64,000 nucleotides of DNA, taken from contig DASZYA010000001.1 in the NCBI GenBank assembly GCA_035545675.1, positions 237 through 64,236 of the forward strand, read 5' to 3'. Origin of the DNA: Patescibacteria group bacterium. Lineage in GTDB: Bacteria; Patescibacteriota; Microgenomatia; Levybacterales; GWA1-39-11. The position numbers and the translations under genes were made by a program. The notes beneath the pieces were generated by a model. It had not been told where the DNA came from, made no database searches, and saw nothing but the letters and a program-made list of their open reading frames with translations. How positions within the stretch are numbered: position 1 is the stretch's first letter; each line of letters begins with the position of its first letter. Shown piece after piece: positions 1-9,033 of this stretch.

Positions 1-1335
1 AGGCTTTTCTATTAGCTTCACGTTAGCCTGAGTCAACCTTACCTTCTCAACAAACTCTTTATCATCCTCTACTGTATGGTCTGCTCCATCTCTTAGAGAA
101 GCGAACGTTGGAAGAATAATTAACTCATGTATATTGGTAAATGATGCTGCAAATTCAGGGAGCAAAGCTTTTGTTCTAGAAAATGTATGAGCTTGAAAAA
201 TTACCGTTACCTTTTTGTCCGGAAAAGCGACTCTTACAGCCTCTAAAGTTTTTCTTATCTCCTCTGGGTGATGTGCATAATCATCATATATTTCAACCCC
301 ATCTTTTGTGACTCCTATTTTCTCAAGTCTCCTTTTAACACCCGTGAACTTTGGCAAATTGGCACTAATTTTATCTACACCTACACCTAACTCGACAAGA
401 GCAGCTATTACCCCACAAGCATTTTTTGCGCTATGATAGCCTGGAATTGAAATTTTAAAATCCCCGAGCTTAGTATCTCCACGATACACAGCAAAAGTGG
501 AGCCAAGGCCTTCTTGCACAAAGTCTGTAACTACAAAATCATTAGTCTTATCTGTACCAAAACGAACAACTCTTATATTTGGATCGAGCTTTGAAATAAC
601 ATCTTGAGTATTAACATCATCCCCATTCGCGACGATAAATCCATTAGTTAGACGCGATGCCCAATCTAGATACGCATTTTTAACCGCTGCTAGATCATGG
701 TAATAGTCTGGGTGATCAAAATCTACATTATTTATAAGAAGCGCTTTGGGTTTTTGATAGAAAAATTTAGGAACCTTATCATAATTTGCTTCTGCAACAT
801 ACTCATCTGCCTCTGCTACAAAATAACGTCCTTGTCCATAATGCCCGGCTGCTCCAATTGGAAAAATAACACTCGTTCCTATTGTATAGCTTGGATCAAG
901 ATTTGCTTCAGATAAAATAGTTGCTATCATTCCGCTGACTGTTGTTTTACCGTGAGATCCAGATACTGATATTCCTTCAAAATCTTCCCTTCCAAACGGT
1001 TTGCCACTCATAAAAAAACCAACAGCCTCACCATGATCAATTACTTTTACTCCAATATTCCTTGCATACTCAGCTTCCACATTATCAAAACCATTGTGAG
1101 CACCTGTAGCTATAAATAAGCAAAGTTCTTTTGGGGTATCGGCAAAAAAAGACTTAACATTTTCTTCATTAAACCCCTCTAAAACCTTTATACCTTCATC
1201 ATTTAGGATTTTATCCGTTATGAATTGCTCGGCAATATCTGAGCCAGCAATATCAATACCTGCTTGTTTTGCAATAACAGCAAGTGTTGCCATACCAACT
1301 CCCTTTATCCCCATGAAATAAATCTTCTCAAACAT
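1..1335 (-). CDS. murC: UDP-N-acetylmuramate--L-alanine ligase (3' end runs off window)
   Basis: Not in ORF track. Translated by hand from ATG at 1335: MFEKIYFMGIKGVGM..., P-loop GSHGKTT, EADE, DFDHPD, DDYAHHP, FQAHTFSRT. Confidence 0.93.
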   Translation of the reverse strand, partial: MFEKIYFMGIKGVGMATLAVIAKQAGIDIAGSDIAEQFITDKILNDEGIKVLEGFNEENVKSFFADTPKELCLFIATGAHNGFDNVEAEYARNIGVKVIDHGEAVGFFMSGKPFGREDFEGISVSGSHGKTTVSGMIATILSEANLDPSYTIGTSVIFPIGAAGHYGQGRYFVAEADEYVAEANYDKVPKFFYQKPKALLINNVDFDHPDYYHDLAAVKNAYLDWASRLTNGFIVANGDDVNTQDVISKLDPNIRVVRFGTDKTNDFVVTDFVQEGLGSTFAVYRGDTKLGDFKISIPGYHSAKNACGVIAALVELGVGVDKISANLPKFTGVKRRLEKIGVTKDGVEIYDDYAHHPEEIRKTLEAVRVAFPDKKVTVIFQAHTFSRTKALLPEFAASFTNIHELIILPTFASLRDGADHTVEDDKEFVEKVRLTQANVKLIEKP

Positions 1336-1353
1336 AGCAATGCAATTATATTA

Positions 1354-1451
1354 AATACTACCAATAAGTACCAATACTACCAATTTCCAATACTCGAATA
1401 TTTTTGATTTTGTATTTATATATTTGTAGTATTTGTGGCATTTGTAGTATT
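1354..1451. repeat. Inverted 9-mer arrays (CTACCAATA-like facing TATTTGTAG-like), gene-less
   Basis: aatactaccaa-taagtaccaa-tactaccaa followed by tatttgtag-tatttgtgg-catttgtag. The right units are near reverse complements of the left units. Confidence 0.75.
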
Positions 1452-3135
1452 AATTCGATGGTAAATTGTAATATTTAATAAGCTCGCGTGCTATATCAAA
1501 AAATAAAGGCGCAGCTGTCTCTGCTCCATATATAGATGTTTTAGGCTTGTTAACAATAACAAGCATTGTAACTTTTGGGTTATCTGCAGGGAAAAAGCCA
1601 ACGAAAGAAGCGTTTGTCTGGTTTGGATCATAATGCCCGGCAACCGGAATCTGTGCTGTTCCGGTCTTTCCCGCAATTCTATAGTTTTTAATCTTGGCAA
1701 ACTTTGCCTCCCCCTCCTCCACAGCATCCACCATCATTGACGTTACAGTTTTGGCAGTTCTTTCTGAAACAGCTTGAGCTTTTACTTGTGGCTTAATATC
1801 AATAGTTTGTCCTGAATCTGTAATTATCTGAGAAACTATATAAGGCTGCATTAATTTCCCATCATTTGCAATTGAATTTACGGCTGTTATGAGTTGAATT
1901 GGAGTAACAGAAATTCCTTGTCCGAACGATGTCGTGGCAATATCAATTGGATACCATTGATCCTTCTCTCTTACTATACCTGTTGCTTCTCCTTGTAGAT
2001 CTATTCCCGTTGGCTGTCCGAGGCCAAATTTATGAAGATAGTCTATCATATTATCAAGACCCAGCTTTCTACTAACAAATACCATACCTGTATTGTCTGA
2101 ATGAATTATTGTATCTCTCATTGTTAGATCAGGAATATACTCATCATTCCAAGTTTTTATTTTATATTCTCCTATCTGAACTGGCCCGGCACAAATATCA
2201 CATCTAGTATCTGGAGTTACAAGATTTTTGTCAATTGCTGCTGCCATAACTAGAACTTTAAAAGTAGAACCTGGTTCATAAAGACTCGATAAAGCGGGGT
2301 TTATATAAGAGGTTGTATCAAACTCCCAATATTTTGATGGATCAAAACTAGGATAAGAAGACATTCCAAGAATTGCGCCGGTCTTACTATCCATAACAAT
2401 TACACTTCCACTTTCTGCTCCATACTTATCAAGACCACTTTTAAGTTTTTGATCTATAAGATACTGAATACTTCTATCTACAGTGAGCTTTATATCTCTA
2501 CCATCAATTTTTTCATCTTCACGAATATCATTTAGTATTTGATTTCCGAGAGCGTCACGAATAGCATGAAGCGCACCAGGTCTACCGCTCAATTGATCAT
2601 TGTATTTTCCTTCTATCCCAAAGTATCCGTGAGGGTTACCCTGCGCATCACGACCCAAAAATCCCACTAAATGGGCTGCCATAGAAGCTTCTGGATAAAG
2701 CCTGGCATATTGTTCTTCAAATCCCAGATCTTTTAAGCCTAACTTCTCAACACTTTTTTTAATATCTCCATTTAAGTTGTCTCCAAGTCTCACCCAATAT
2801 AAATCTTTATTAAGAAGCGCTGATATTGATGCTGGGTCTTCTGATAGGATTGGAGCGAGTTTTTGAGCATAATAATCTTTGTCTTTTATAACCTTTGGAT
2901 TAGAGTAAAGAGTGTAGGAAATTGTATTTGTTGCAAGAGGATATGAATCACTTGTCATAATCTCTCCTCTAATTGCCGGAATGTCTATTGTCTCAAGACT
3001 TTGTGCACGAGCTTGTTGTCTTAAAGTCTGCGCTTCTACACTTTGCCAATAAAAAAGCTTACCAAGGAGCGCTAAATATAAAAGAGATACTGCAATTACA
3101 ACTATTCCAAAGCGGATTCCTTCCTTATTCTTCAT
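1450..3135 (-). CDS. ftsI: Class B penicillin-binding protein (FtsI/PBP2-3 family)
   Basis: N-terminal TM, RGEI, transpeptidase motifs STFK, SDN, KTGT; located in dcw cluster. Confidence 0.9.
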   Translation of the reverse strand: MKNKEGIRFGIVVIAVSLLYLALLGKLFYWQSVEAQTLRQQARAQSLETIDIPAIRGEIMTSDSYPLATNTISYTLYSNPKVIKDKDYYAQKLAPILSEDPASISALLNKDLYWVRLGDNLNGDIKKSVEKLGLKDLGFEEQYARLYPEASMAAHLVGFLGRDAQGNPHGYFGIEGKYNDQLSGRPGALHAIRDALGNQILNDIREDEKIDGRDIKLTVDRSIQYLIDQKLKSGLDKYGAESGSVIVMDSKTGAILGMSSYPSFDPSKYWEFDTTSYINPALSSLYEPGSTFKVLVMAAAIDKNLVTPDTRCDICAGPVQIGEYKIKTWNDEYIPDLTMRDTIIHSDNTGMVFVSRKLGLDNMIDYLHKFGLGQPTGIDLQGEATGIVREKDQWYPIDIATTSFGQGISVTPIQLITAVNSIANDGKLMQPYIVSQIITDSGQTIDIKPQVKAQAVSERTAKTVTSMMVDAVEEGEAKFAKIKNYRIAGKTGTAQIPVAGHYDPNQTNASFVGFFPADNPKVTMLVIVNKPKTSIYGAETAAPLFFDIARELIKYYNLPSN

Positions 3136-3419
3136 TAGTTACGAGCAAGAGTAACTGGATTATACACTGAAACTATGTCTTTATTTTCTTCAAATCCAAG
3201 TTCTGCAGCGCGGGATGCAATTGTATTAAGTGATGAATAACTCAATACTTTTGCTTCTAGCTGCATGTTGTTTTGAGTCATATCATCTATCTTGTTTTTA
3301 AGATCTGTTGCCTCAAGACTTCCTAATGCATTTGTACTAGAAATATAGATATTAACCGCACCCGTTAATATGGTTAAAACTACCAAAATTACTATAAAAA
3401 TGTTTAATATTTTGTTCAT
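3135..3419 (-). CDS. Putative FtsL-like cell division protein
   Basis: Single TM plus coiled coil ending in IASRAAELGF; located between rsmH and ftsI. Confidence 0.7.
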   Translation of the reverse strand: MNKILNIFIVILVVLTILTGAVNIYISSTNALGSLEATDLKNKIDDMTQNNMQLEAKVLSYSSLNTIASRAAELGFEENKDIVSVYNPVTLARN

Positions 3420-4294
3420 ATTTTCTCTATTATTCTTAGTTTTGCGCTTCTTGATCTTCTGTTACTTCTTATTTCATCATCGCTTGCCAAAATTGGCTTT
3501 TTGTTAATTAATAAGGCTTTCTCTTGTCTGGTTTTTTCTATAAAAAACAATTTAACAGCCCTATCCTCAAGTGAATGAAATGAGATAACAGCAAATCTTG
3601 CGCCCTCATCCAAAAGTTCGAATCCGTTCGTAAGCCCTAGTCTTAAGTTTGCGATTTCATCATTGATAGCAATTCTTATTGCCTGGAAGGTTTTAGTAGC
3701 AGGGTTGATCGGACCCCCTCCCTTAACAACTTCCCCAATAACTTGCGACAATTCAAATGTGGTTTTGATAGGTTTTTCTTGTCTTCTCAAAAAAATCTGA
3801 TGAGCTATCTTTCTTGCGTTTGCCTCTTCCCCATACTTTAAAATGGTCTCGTATAATTCCTCTTCATCTGCTCTGTTTACAAAATCGTATGCTGTAGTCT
3901 TAAATTCATCGCTCATTCTCATATCCAAATCCTCATCTCTTCTAAATGAAAACCCTCTATTTGATTTGTCTAGCTGAAAGCTTGAGACACCTAAATCTAG
4001 TAATATTCCAGAAACTTTTTTTATTCCGTGTTCTTTTGCAAGTTCTACAATTTGTGAGTAGTTACCTCTCGCCAATATTAGTCTCCCGCTTTTTATTTCG
4101 GATTCAAACTTTTTATTAAGGTGCAAAATAGCTTCCTGGTCTTGATCTATCCCTAAAACTCTTCCACCAAGTTTCAAAATCTGTTCTGTATGTCCTCCGC
4201 CCCCAATCGTACCGTCTATGTAAAGCAAGTCTCTCTGTACTCTTAACGCCTCTACTGCTTCTTTTAGGAGAACTGGAATATGAAAGTTATCCAT
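3416..4294 (-). CDS. rsmH: 16S rRNA m4C1402 methyltransferase RsmH (MraW)
   Basis: HIPVLL, DGTIGGGGH, DLGVSS, LDMRM, ISFHSLEDR, RSAKLR motifs. Confidence 0.97.
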   Translation of the reverse strand: MDNFHIPVLLKEAVEALRVQRDLLYIDGTIGGGGHTEQILKLGGRVLGIDQDQEAILHLNKKFESEIKSGRLILARGNYSQIVELAKEHGIKKVSGILLDLGVSSFQLDKSNRGFSFRRDEDLDMRMSDEFKTTAYDFVNRADEEELYETILKYGEEANARKIAHQIFLRRQEKPIKTTFELSQVIGEVVKGGGPINPATKTFQAIRIAINDEIANLRLGLTNGFELLDEGARFAVISFHSLEDRAVKLFFIEKTRQEKALLINKKPILASDDEIRSNRRSRSAKLRIIEKI

Positions 4295-4739
4295 TGTTAT
4301 TCTCCTTTTTCTCTATCTTTCCGACCAAACGTGACGATATCTTTTCTATGTTTTTCTCTAGTCCCAATTTGTATTCTTCCCAATGTTTTTTATCCCAAAC
4401 CTCAACGTAACGTGACAAACCTAGGAATATAGCTTCATTTTGAATTCCTGCAAACGTTCGTAAGTAGCTTGGTAATATAAACCTTCCTTTACTATCGAGT
4501 TCCACGAGACTTGCGTTTCCAAGTAGGAACCTCTGGGTTTCACGAGTTTCGTATTCAATGAATGGGCGTCCGCTTGTCCCCTCAAGGAGAGCTTCCCATT
4601 CATTTTGTGAAACAATAATAAGTGAGCTTTCATATCCTTGAGTAACGATAATTCTCTCTCCCAAGACTTCCCTAAATTTCTTGGGTAAAGCTGCTCTTCC
4701 TTTTTCATCAATTTTTGAATCATATTGTCCGATTAACAT
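4287..4739 (-). CDS. mraZ: Transcriptional regulator MraZ
   Basis: Two DxKGR repeats (IDEKGR, LDSKGR); first gene of dcw cluster; SD GGAGGT at 4748-4753. Confidence 0.96.
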   Translation of the reverse strand: MLIGQYDSKIDEKGRAALPKKFREVLGERIIVTQGYESSLIIVSQNEWEALLEGTSGRPFIEYETRETQRFLLGNASLVELDSKGRFILPSYLRTFAGIQNEAIFLGLSRYVEVWDKKHWEEYKLGLEKNIEKISSRLVGKIEKKENNNG

Positions 4740-4810
4740 AATGTTTTACCTCCGTATTAGCGAAGAACCTGCCTAGATTTTTTGAAGATTAAGTGAGATT
4801 ACTTTTTGGT

Positions 4811-4864
4811 TTCCCACTTTTTCCCATCTGTTCCCATTTTGAAGCATTTTTCACGGCACGTCAA
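4811..4864 (-). promoter_or_regulatory. dcw promoter with three 10-bp-phased TGGGAA boxes (MraZ operator)
   Basis: Minus strand: TTGACG (4859-4864), 17 bp, CAAAAT (4836-4841). Plus strand ttcccacttt/ttcccatctg/ttcccatttt gives three TGGGAA boxes at 10-nt period, resembling known MraZ TGGG-type boxes. Confidence 0.8.
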
Positions 4865-4959
4865 GTAGCAATTGAGGCAAAATAGCGTGCTATTTTGGTA
4901 AAAACACTACCCGTGAAAAGTAATTATTAACTAAAAAATGTTGTTATAACTGAAGTCAA

Positions 4960-4994
4960 CCTAAAAGCTAAAACCTATTACTTAAAACCTGAAG
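4960..4994. repeat. Heptamer array (cctaaaa-like)
   Basis: cctaaaa gctaaaa cctatta cttaaaa cctgaag. Confidence 0.55.
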
Positions 4995-5002
4995 TTGCTA
5001 CC

Positions 5003-5503
5003 TTATTGTGCGGGGCTGTAAGGAATTGTTGTTTCTATACTTCCAACTTTTCCATTTGTGAAGTCTACTCTAATTACAAATTTAATATCACTCGTAACTT
5101 TGTCATATTTACAAACGTTTGCAGAACAAGTTCCAAGAAGAATTTCTTTACTAATACTACTCTGACCATTTACGTCAATCGGGCTAGCAACAACTCCTCT
5201 TGGCACATTTGCAGTTTCTCCCTCATCTGTTACTGTTGCATCATAGCTAACCTCATATTCAATGCTTTTAACGCCATCTAGCTTGTCTGCTGATAGATCA
5301 ACTGCTTTGCCATCTGACTTAACAGATAACTTAAGACCAATATCCTCTGGCTTCATTGTTTTAACATCTGAAACGTCGGATTGGTTTCCTGAGTTGATTG
5401 TTGATGTTCCTTTGTTTTTAGTGAGAAATAATGCTGCTCCACCTACTAATAAGACTACAACAATGAGTCCTATTATCATTTTATTTTTCTTTATAAAATC
5501 CAT
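5003..5503 (-). CDS. Hypothetical membrane-anchored protein
   Basis: N-terminal TM, beta-rich extracellular part with LGTCSANVCKYD. Confidence 0.8.
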   Translation of the reverse strand: MDFIKKNKMIIGLIVVVLLVGGAALFLTKNKGTSTINSGNQSDVSDVKTMKPEDIGLKLSVKSDGKAVDLSADKLDGVKSIEYEVSYDATVTDEGETANVPRGVVASPIDVNGQSSISKEILLGTCSANVCKYDKVTSDIKFVIRVDFTNGKVGSIETTIPYSPAQ

Positions 5504-5541
5504 ATCTTATTTATAAGCAAAAAGAGTTGGCTTAGTCAAGT

Positions 5542-5931
5542 CTAGGTAGTAGCTTTAACTGCCTGTTTATATAATTTGCCCCGAATGGTTTCACCGTGTT
5601 CATCTTTAGAAGCATATTCAACAACTTCGACAGGAATACTATTGGGAAGAGTCGGAATTTCAACTCCACGAAAAGCCAGATACTTACCTAAAACATGCTT
5701 TCTTCGCTCTAAATCATCCATGTCTTTCTTGTCTCCAGCATAATATACATTTCCATTATGGATGTAATCAATCTCATGCAAAGCTACCCTATAAGCATTA
5801 GTAACTCTTCTGTTGATCAATTTTGTTAAACGACTTGCCGATTCTGGATCTACGGCTTGCCCTGCTTCTCTGGAGCTCTTCGGTTTTAATTCCGTAAGGT
5901 ATAGAGGATGTTCTAATTCTGAAGTTGTCAC
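5542..5931 (-). CDS. Hypothetical protein
   Basis: ORF 5542-5967. Its TTG start coincides with a TTGACA -35 box, so GTG at 5931 is the more likely start. Confidence 0.55.
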   Translation of the reverse strand: MTTSELEHPLYLTELKPKSSREAGQAVDPESASRLTKLINRRVTNAYRVALHEIDYIHNGNVYYAGDKKDMDDLERRKHVLGKYLAFRGVEIPTLPNSIPVEVVEYASKDEHGETIRGKLYKQAVKATT

Positions 5932-5976
5932 AATCTTAGTTTTGCAGGATTTTTTGCCAACTGTCAAGTAAGAAAA

Positions 5977-7347
5977 TTAGGAGATTTTGTCAGCAATATA
6001 GGATTTTAGCTCGTCTGTTTTTAACCTTATTTGAGTAGCAGTATCACGATCGCGAATTGTAACAGTATCATCCTCTAGCGTTTGAAAATCTACAGTTACA
6101 CAGAACGGTGTTCCCACCTCATCTTGAGCGAAATATCTCTTACCAATATTTCCCCTCGCGTCCAATGTGGCAGTAAAGTTTTGGCCTAAATCTTTATAAA
6201 GCGTTTCTGCTTTCTCTACCAGTTCCGGCTTATTGGCAAGAAGTGGAAAAATTGCTACTTTGTATGGTGCAATTTTGGGATTAAGCTTAAGCAATACTCG
6301 CTCACCATCCTCCTCGTATGCATCGACCAGCGTCATAAGAAATAATCTATTTATTCCAACTGCAGGCTCGATTACATGTGGCAAGATTTTCTCGTTTGTT
6401 TCCGGATCTTGAATTCTCAACTCTTTTCCAGAATGCTTTTCGTGTTGCGTGAGATCATAATCTGTTCTATAAGCAAGTCCCCACAACTCCTTGAAACCAA
6501 AAGGAAACCTATATTCCAAATCCTCTGTCCTCTTACTATAGAATGATCTTTCTTTTTCTTCATGTTCGCGCCAGCGGAGATTCTCCTCTCTTATTCCAAG
6601 CTTTTTTGTAACAAAATCCCACATGGAAGTCTTCCAAGATTCAAATAGCTCTTCCCAATTGGATTTATTAGGATTAAAGAAATACTCTATTTCTCCTTGT
6701 TCAAACTCAAGAGTTCTAAAAACAGAATTTCCTGGAGTTATTTCATTTCTAAAACTTTTACCAAGCTGTGCAATTCCAAAAGGCAACCTAACACGAGTTG
6801 AATCAATTACATTTTTGAAGTTCACAAACATTCCCTGAGCTGTTTCTCCCCTAAGATAAGCGAGCGACTGATCTCCTTCTACTATTCCCATATTTACTGG
6901 AAAAAGAAGATTGAAACGTCTTACATCTGTCCAAGCGATTTTTCCACAATTTGGACACTTTATGTTGCTCTCTCTGATTATTGTGCTTAATTCATCTGTT
7001 GACAGTCCTTCTACTTTCTTATCGGGAATTGCATCTTCTATAAGGTGATCGGCGCGTGTTCTTAATTTACAGTTCTTACAATCAATTAAAGCATCTGCAA
7101 AGCCTGCTGTGTGTCCTGAAGCTTTCCAAATTTCTTGGTGAGAAATAACTGATGCGTCAATTCCTACTATATCTACTCTTTTGTGTACAAATGTATCCCA
7201 CCACAAATTTCTGATATTTCTAAGTAACTCTGCTCCCATTGGACCATAGTCATAAGTATTTGCAAGTCCACCATAAATTTCTGATCCCTGATAAATAAAA
7301 CCGCGGCGCTTAGCAAGAGCTGTAACTTTATCAAAAAGATTTTCCAT
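5977..7347 (-). CDS. glyQS: Glycine--tRNA ligase, homodimeric alpha2 type
   Basis: EIYGG, LRGETAQGMF, FRNEITP, EFEQ, IEPAVG, C-terminal anticodon domain. Start trimmed to MENLF, which lies 7 nt after TATAAT. Confidence 0.95.
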   Translation of the reverse strand: MENLFDKVTALAKRRGFIYQGSEIYGGLANTYDYGPMGAELLRNIRNLWWDTFVHKRVDIVGIDASVISHQEIWKASGHTAGFADALIDCKNCKLRTRADHLIEDAIPDKKVEGLSTDELSTIIRESNIKCPNCGKIAWTDVRRFNLLFPVNMGIVEGDQSLAYLRGETAQGMFVNFKNVIDSTRVRLPFGIAQLGKSFRNEITPGNSVFRTLEFEQGEIEYFFNPNKSNWEELFESWKTSMWDFVTKKLGIREENLRWREHEEKERSFYSKRTEDLEYRFPFGFKELWGLAYRTDYDLTQHEKHSGKELRIQDPETNEKILPHVIEPAVGINRLFLMTLVDAYEEDGERVLLKLNPKIAPYKVAIFPLLANKPELVEKAETLYKDLGQNFTATLDARGNIGKRYFAQDEVGTPFCVTVDFQTLEDDTVTIRDRDTATQIRLKTDELKSYIADKIS

Positions 7348-7410
7348 AAAACTAATTATATCAAACTGAATTCCTATTTCATTCTCAAAAATTAAGAGTA
7401 GAATGCAACT

Positions 7411-7881
7411 ATGAGCATTGAAGACATGCATCCTGATCAAACCGATGCAACGAGAGAAATATATAGAACGAATGTTAGAGCCAGAAGAGCTTACTATGAA
7501 ACGACCCGTCCTGACCTAATGGAGCTTGGAAAAGTTTCCGGAGCTTATGCATTCTTAAAAGGAAGATACCTTCCTATAATGTATGAAAGATATGGCCCAA
7601 ATATGAGGGATGAAATATTGGCTATAGGACAAGATCCGGCTAGAACCCAGGCCGAAGGTGAATCTCTTGGAAATGACTTCGAAAAACACAGAGATGATGT
7701 TTATGAAGTTGACAAAATACTTGCAGCCTCATACTACGCAGTTACAAAGGAGGATTTCTCGAAAACTATAATAATGCTCTCACTTTATGAAGGTGATATT
7801 AGATTACCCCAAGAATACAATATCGATACAGAATTCTGGATCAGTCTGGCAAGAATTGTGGAAGCATCGGAAATTGAATGA
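7411..7881 (+). CDS. Hypothetical protein
   Basis: 156-aa ORF with TAGAAT 6 nt upstream of the ATG. Confidence 0.7.
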   Translation: MSIEDMHPDQTDATREIYRTNVRARRAYYETTRPDLMELGKVSGAYAFLKGRYLPIMYERYGPNMRDEILAIGQDPARTQAEGESLGNDFEKHRDDVYEVDKILAASYYAVTKEDFSKTIIMLSLYEGDIRLPQEYNIDTEFWISLARIVEASEIE

Positions 7882-7898
7882 TTACTTCCAGTGTTTTT

Positions 7899-7934
7899 AT
7901 CCTAACCCTATCCTAGTCCCTAATTCCTAGTTTC
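7899..7934. repeat. Short heptamer array (ctagtcc/ctaattc-like)
   Basis: atcctaaccctatc ctagtcc ctaattc ctagttt; includes the stop codon of 7927-8187. Confidence 0.45.
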
Positions 7935-8187
7935 CCCATCGCCATCTTGGTTTTTCCCCTTTAATTAGGCAGATTACAATCAAAACAATGGACGCAGGAA
8001 TTAACTCCAGTATATATTCATGAGTAAAAGAGGAACCAGTAACGCTCTGACCAAGTGAAATTGCTCGCCAACAAAGAAATACCACATAAAGTATCACTAC
8101 CATCCAGCCTTGCCAAGTTATTGGGTACCATCCAAAACCATATCGCTTACCACGAAACCAATACTTTTTATTCAATTTCTTTTTCAT
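7927..8187 (-). CDS. Small two-TM membrane protein
   Basis: WF..KRYG.GW.P.TWQGW and GEKPRWRWG motifs flanking two TM helices. Confidence 0.75.
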   Translation of the reverse strand: MKKKLNKKYWFRGKRYGFGWYPITWQGWMVVILYVVFLCWRAISLGQSVTGSSFTHEYILELIPASIVLIVICLIKGEKPRWRWGN

Positions 8188-8660
8188 CTGTTTAGAATAA
8201 TAATTGATAAATTGAGAAATGCTGCAAAAGTCACCCAGAAAAGATATGGATACAAGAGCAAGGTTGCTTTTTTATTCACAAGATAAAAACTTCTGATTGT
8301 AAGGAATATTGATACCCATAGAAAAATTAGCTCAACAAAAGCAAGTAGCGGACTATGCAGACCAAAGAAAATTAGCGACCAGAGACAATTTAGAACCAAC
8401 TGAATTATGTATATTCTAACTGCGCCTTCTTTTTTGTATTTCGCAGCTTTTGATATCCAGACAAGATAAAAAGAAACTCCCATTAATATATAAAGAACTG
8501 TCCAAACAATACCGAATAGATTATTTGGGGGACTAAAGACGGGTTTATTAAGATATTGGTACCAAGAGCTAATTGAACCGTATGTAATTCTGGCTCCAAT
8601 TCCACCAGCAATAAATGGGAGAGCCAAGGATATAATGAATTTAACAATCTTATTATCCAT
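8184..8660 (-). CDS. tspO: TspO/MBR family tryptophan-rich sensory protein
   Basis: WYQYLNKPVFSPP, VWTVLY, LNCLWSLIFF, PYLFWVTFA. Confidence 0.93.
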   Translation of the reverse strand: MDNKIVKFIISLALPFIAGGIGARITYGSISSWYQYLNKPVFSPPNNLFGIVWTVLYILMGVSFYLVWISKAAKYKKEGAVRIYIIQLVLNCLWSLIFFGLHSPLLAFVELIFLWVSIFLTIRSFYLVNKKATLLLYPYLFWVTFAAFLNLSIIILNR

Positions 8661-8756
8661 TACCCATTATATTCACAAATCAAACCCAACAATCAAGATG
8701 ACGCAAAAAGCAATTTGACAAAGCATTTCAAAACCATTATTCTTTATAAATCCCGT

Positions 8757-8785
8757 TTGCAATTGAAGCTTCAAACGTGTAGAAT
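8757..8785 (+). promoter_or_regulatory. sigma70-type promoter, probably leaderless
   Basis: TTGCAA, 17 bp, TAGAAT, then ATG 8 nt later (8794). The spacer contains the palindrome TTGAAGCTTCAA. Confidence 0.6.
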
Positions 8786-8793
8786 TACCTTTT

Positions 8794-9033
8794 ATGAAAA
8801 GCGCGATAAGAACATTTATAGTACTATCAATTGCCTACGTTGTAATCTTCCCACCACAGGCACACGCATACCTTGATCCAGGAACCGGTAGCTATGTTAT
8901 CCAAGTAGTTGGAGCAATTTTATTTGGAGGAATATTTGTAGCAAAAACCGGAGCAGGAAGAATAAAAGATTTCTTTTCAAATATGTTAGGAAAGGATAAA
9001 AAACACTCTGAAAAATCCGACACCAAAAAATAA
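8794..9033 (+). CDS. Small membrane protein with AYLDPGTGS motif
   Basis: Signal-like N-terminus ending AHA, then YLDPGTGS and a TM helix. Confidence 0.8.
   Translation: MKSAIRTFIVLSIAYVVIFPPQAHAYLDPGTGSYVIQVVGAILFGGIFVAKTGAGRIKDFFSNMLGKDKKHSEKSDTKK

Noticed and set aside
5977-7347. Eukaryote/archaea-like GlyRS as a horizontal-transfer novelty
   Set aside because: The alpha2 type is common in many bacterial phyla.
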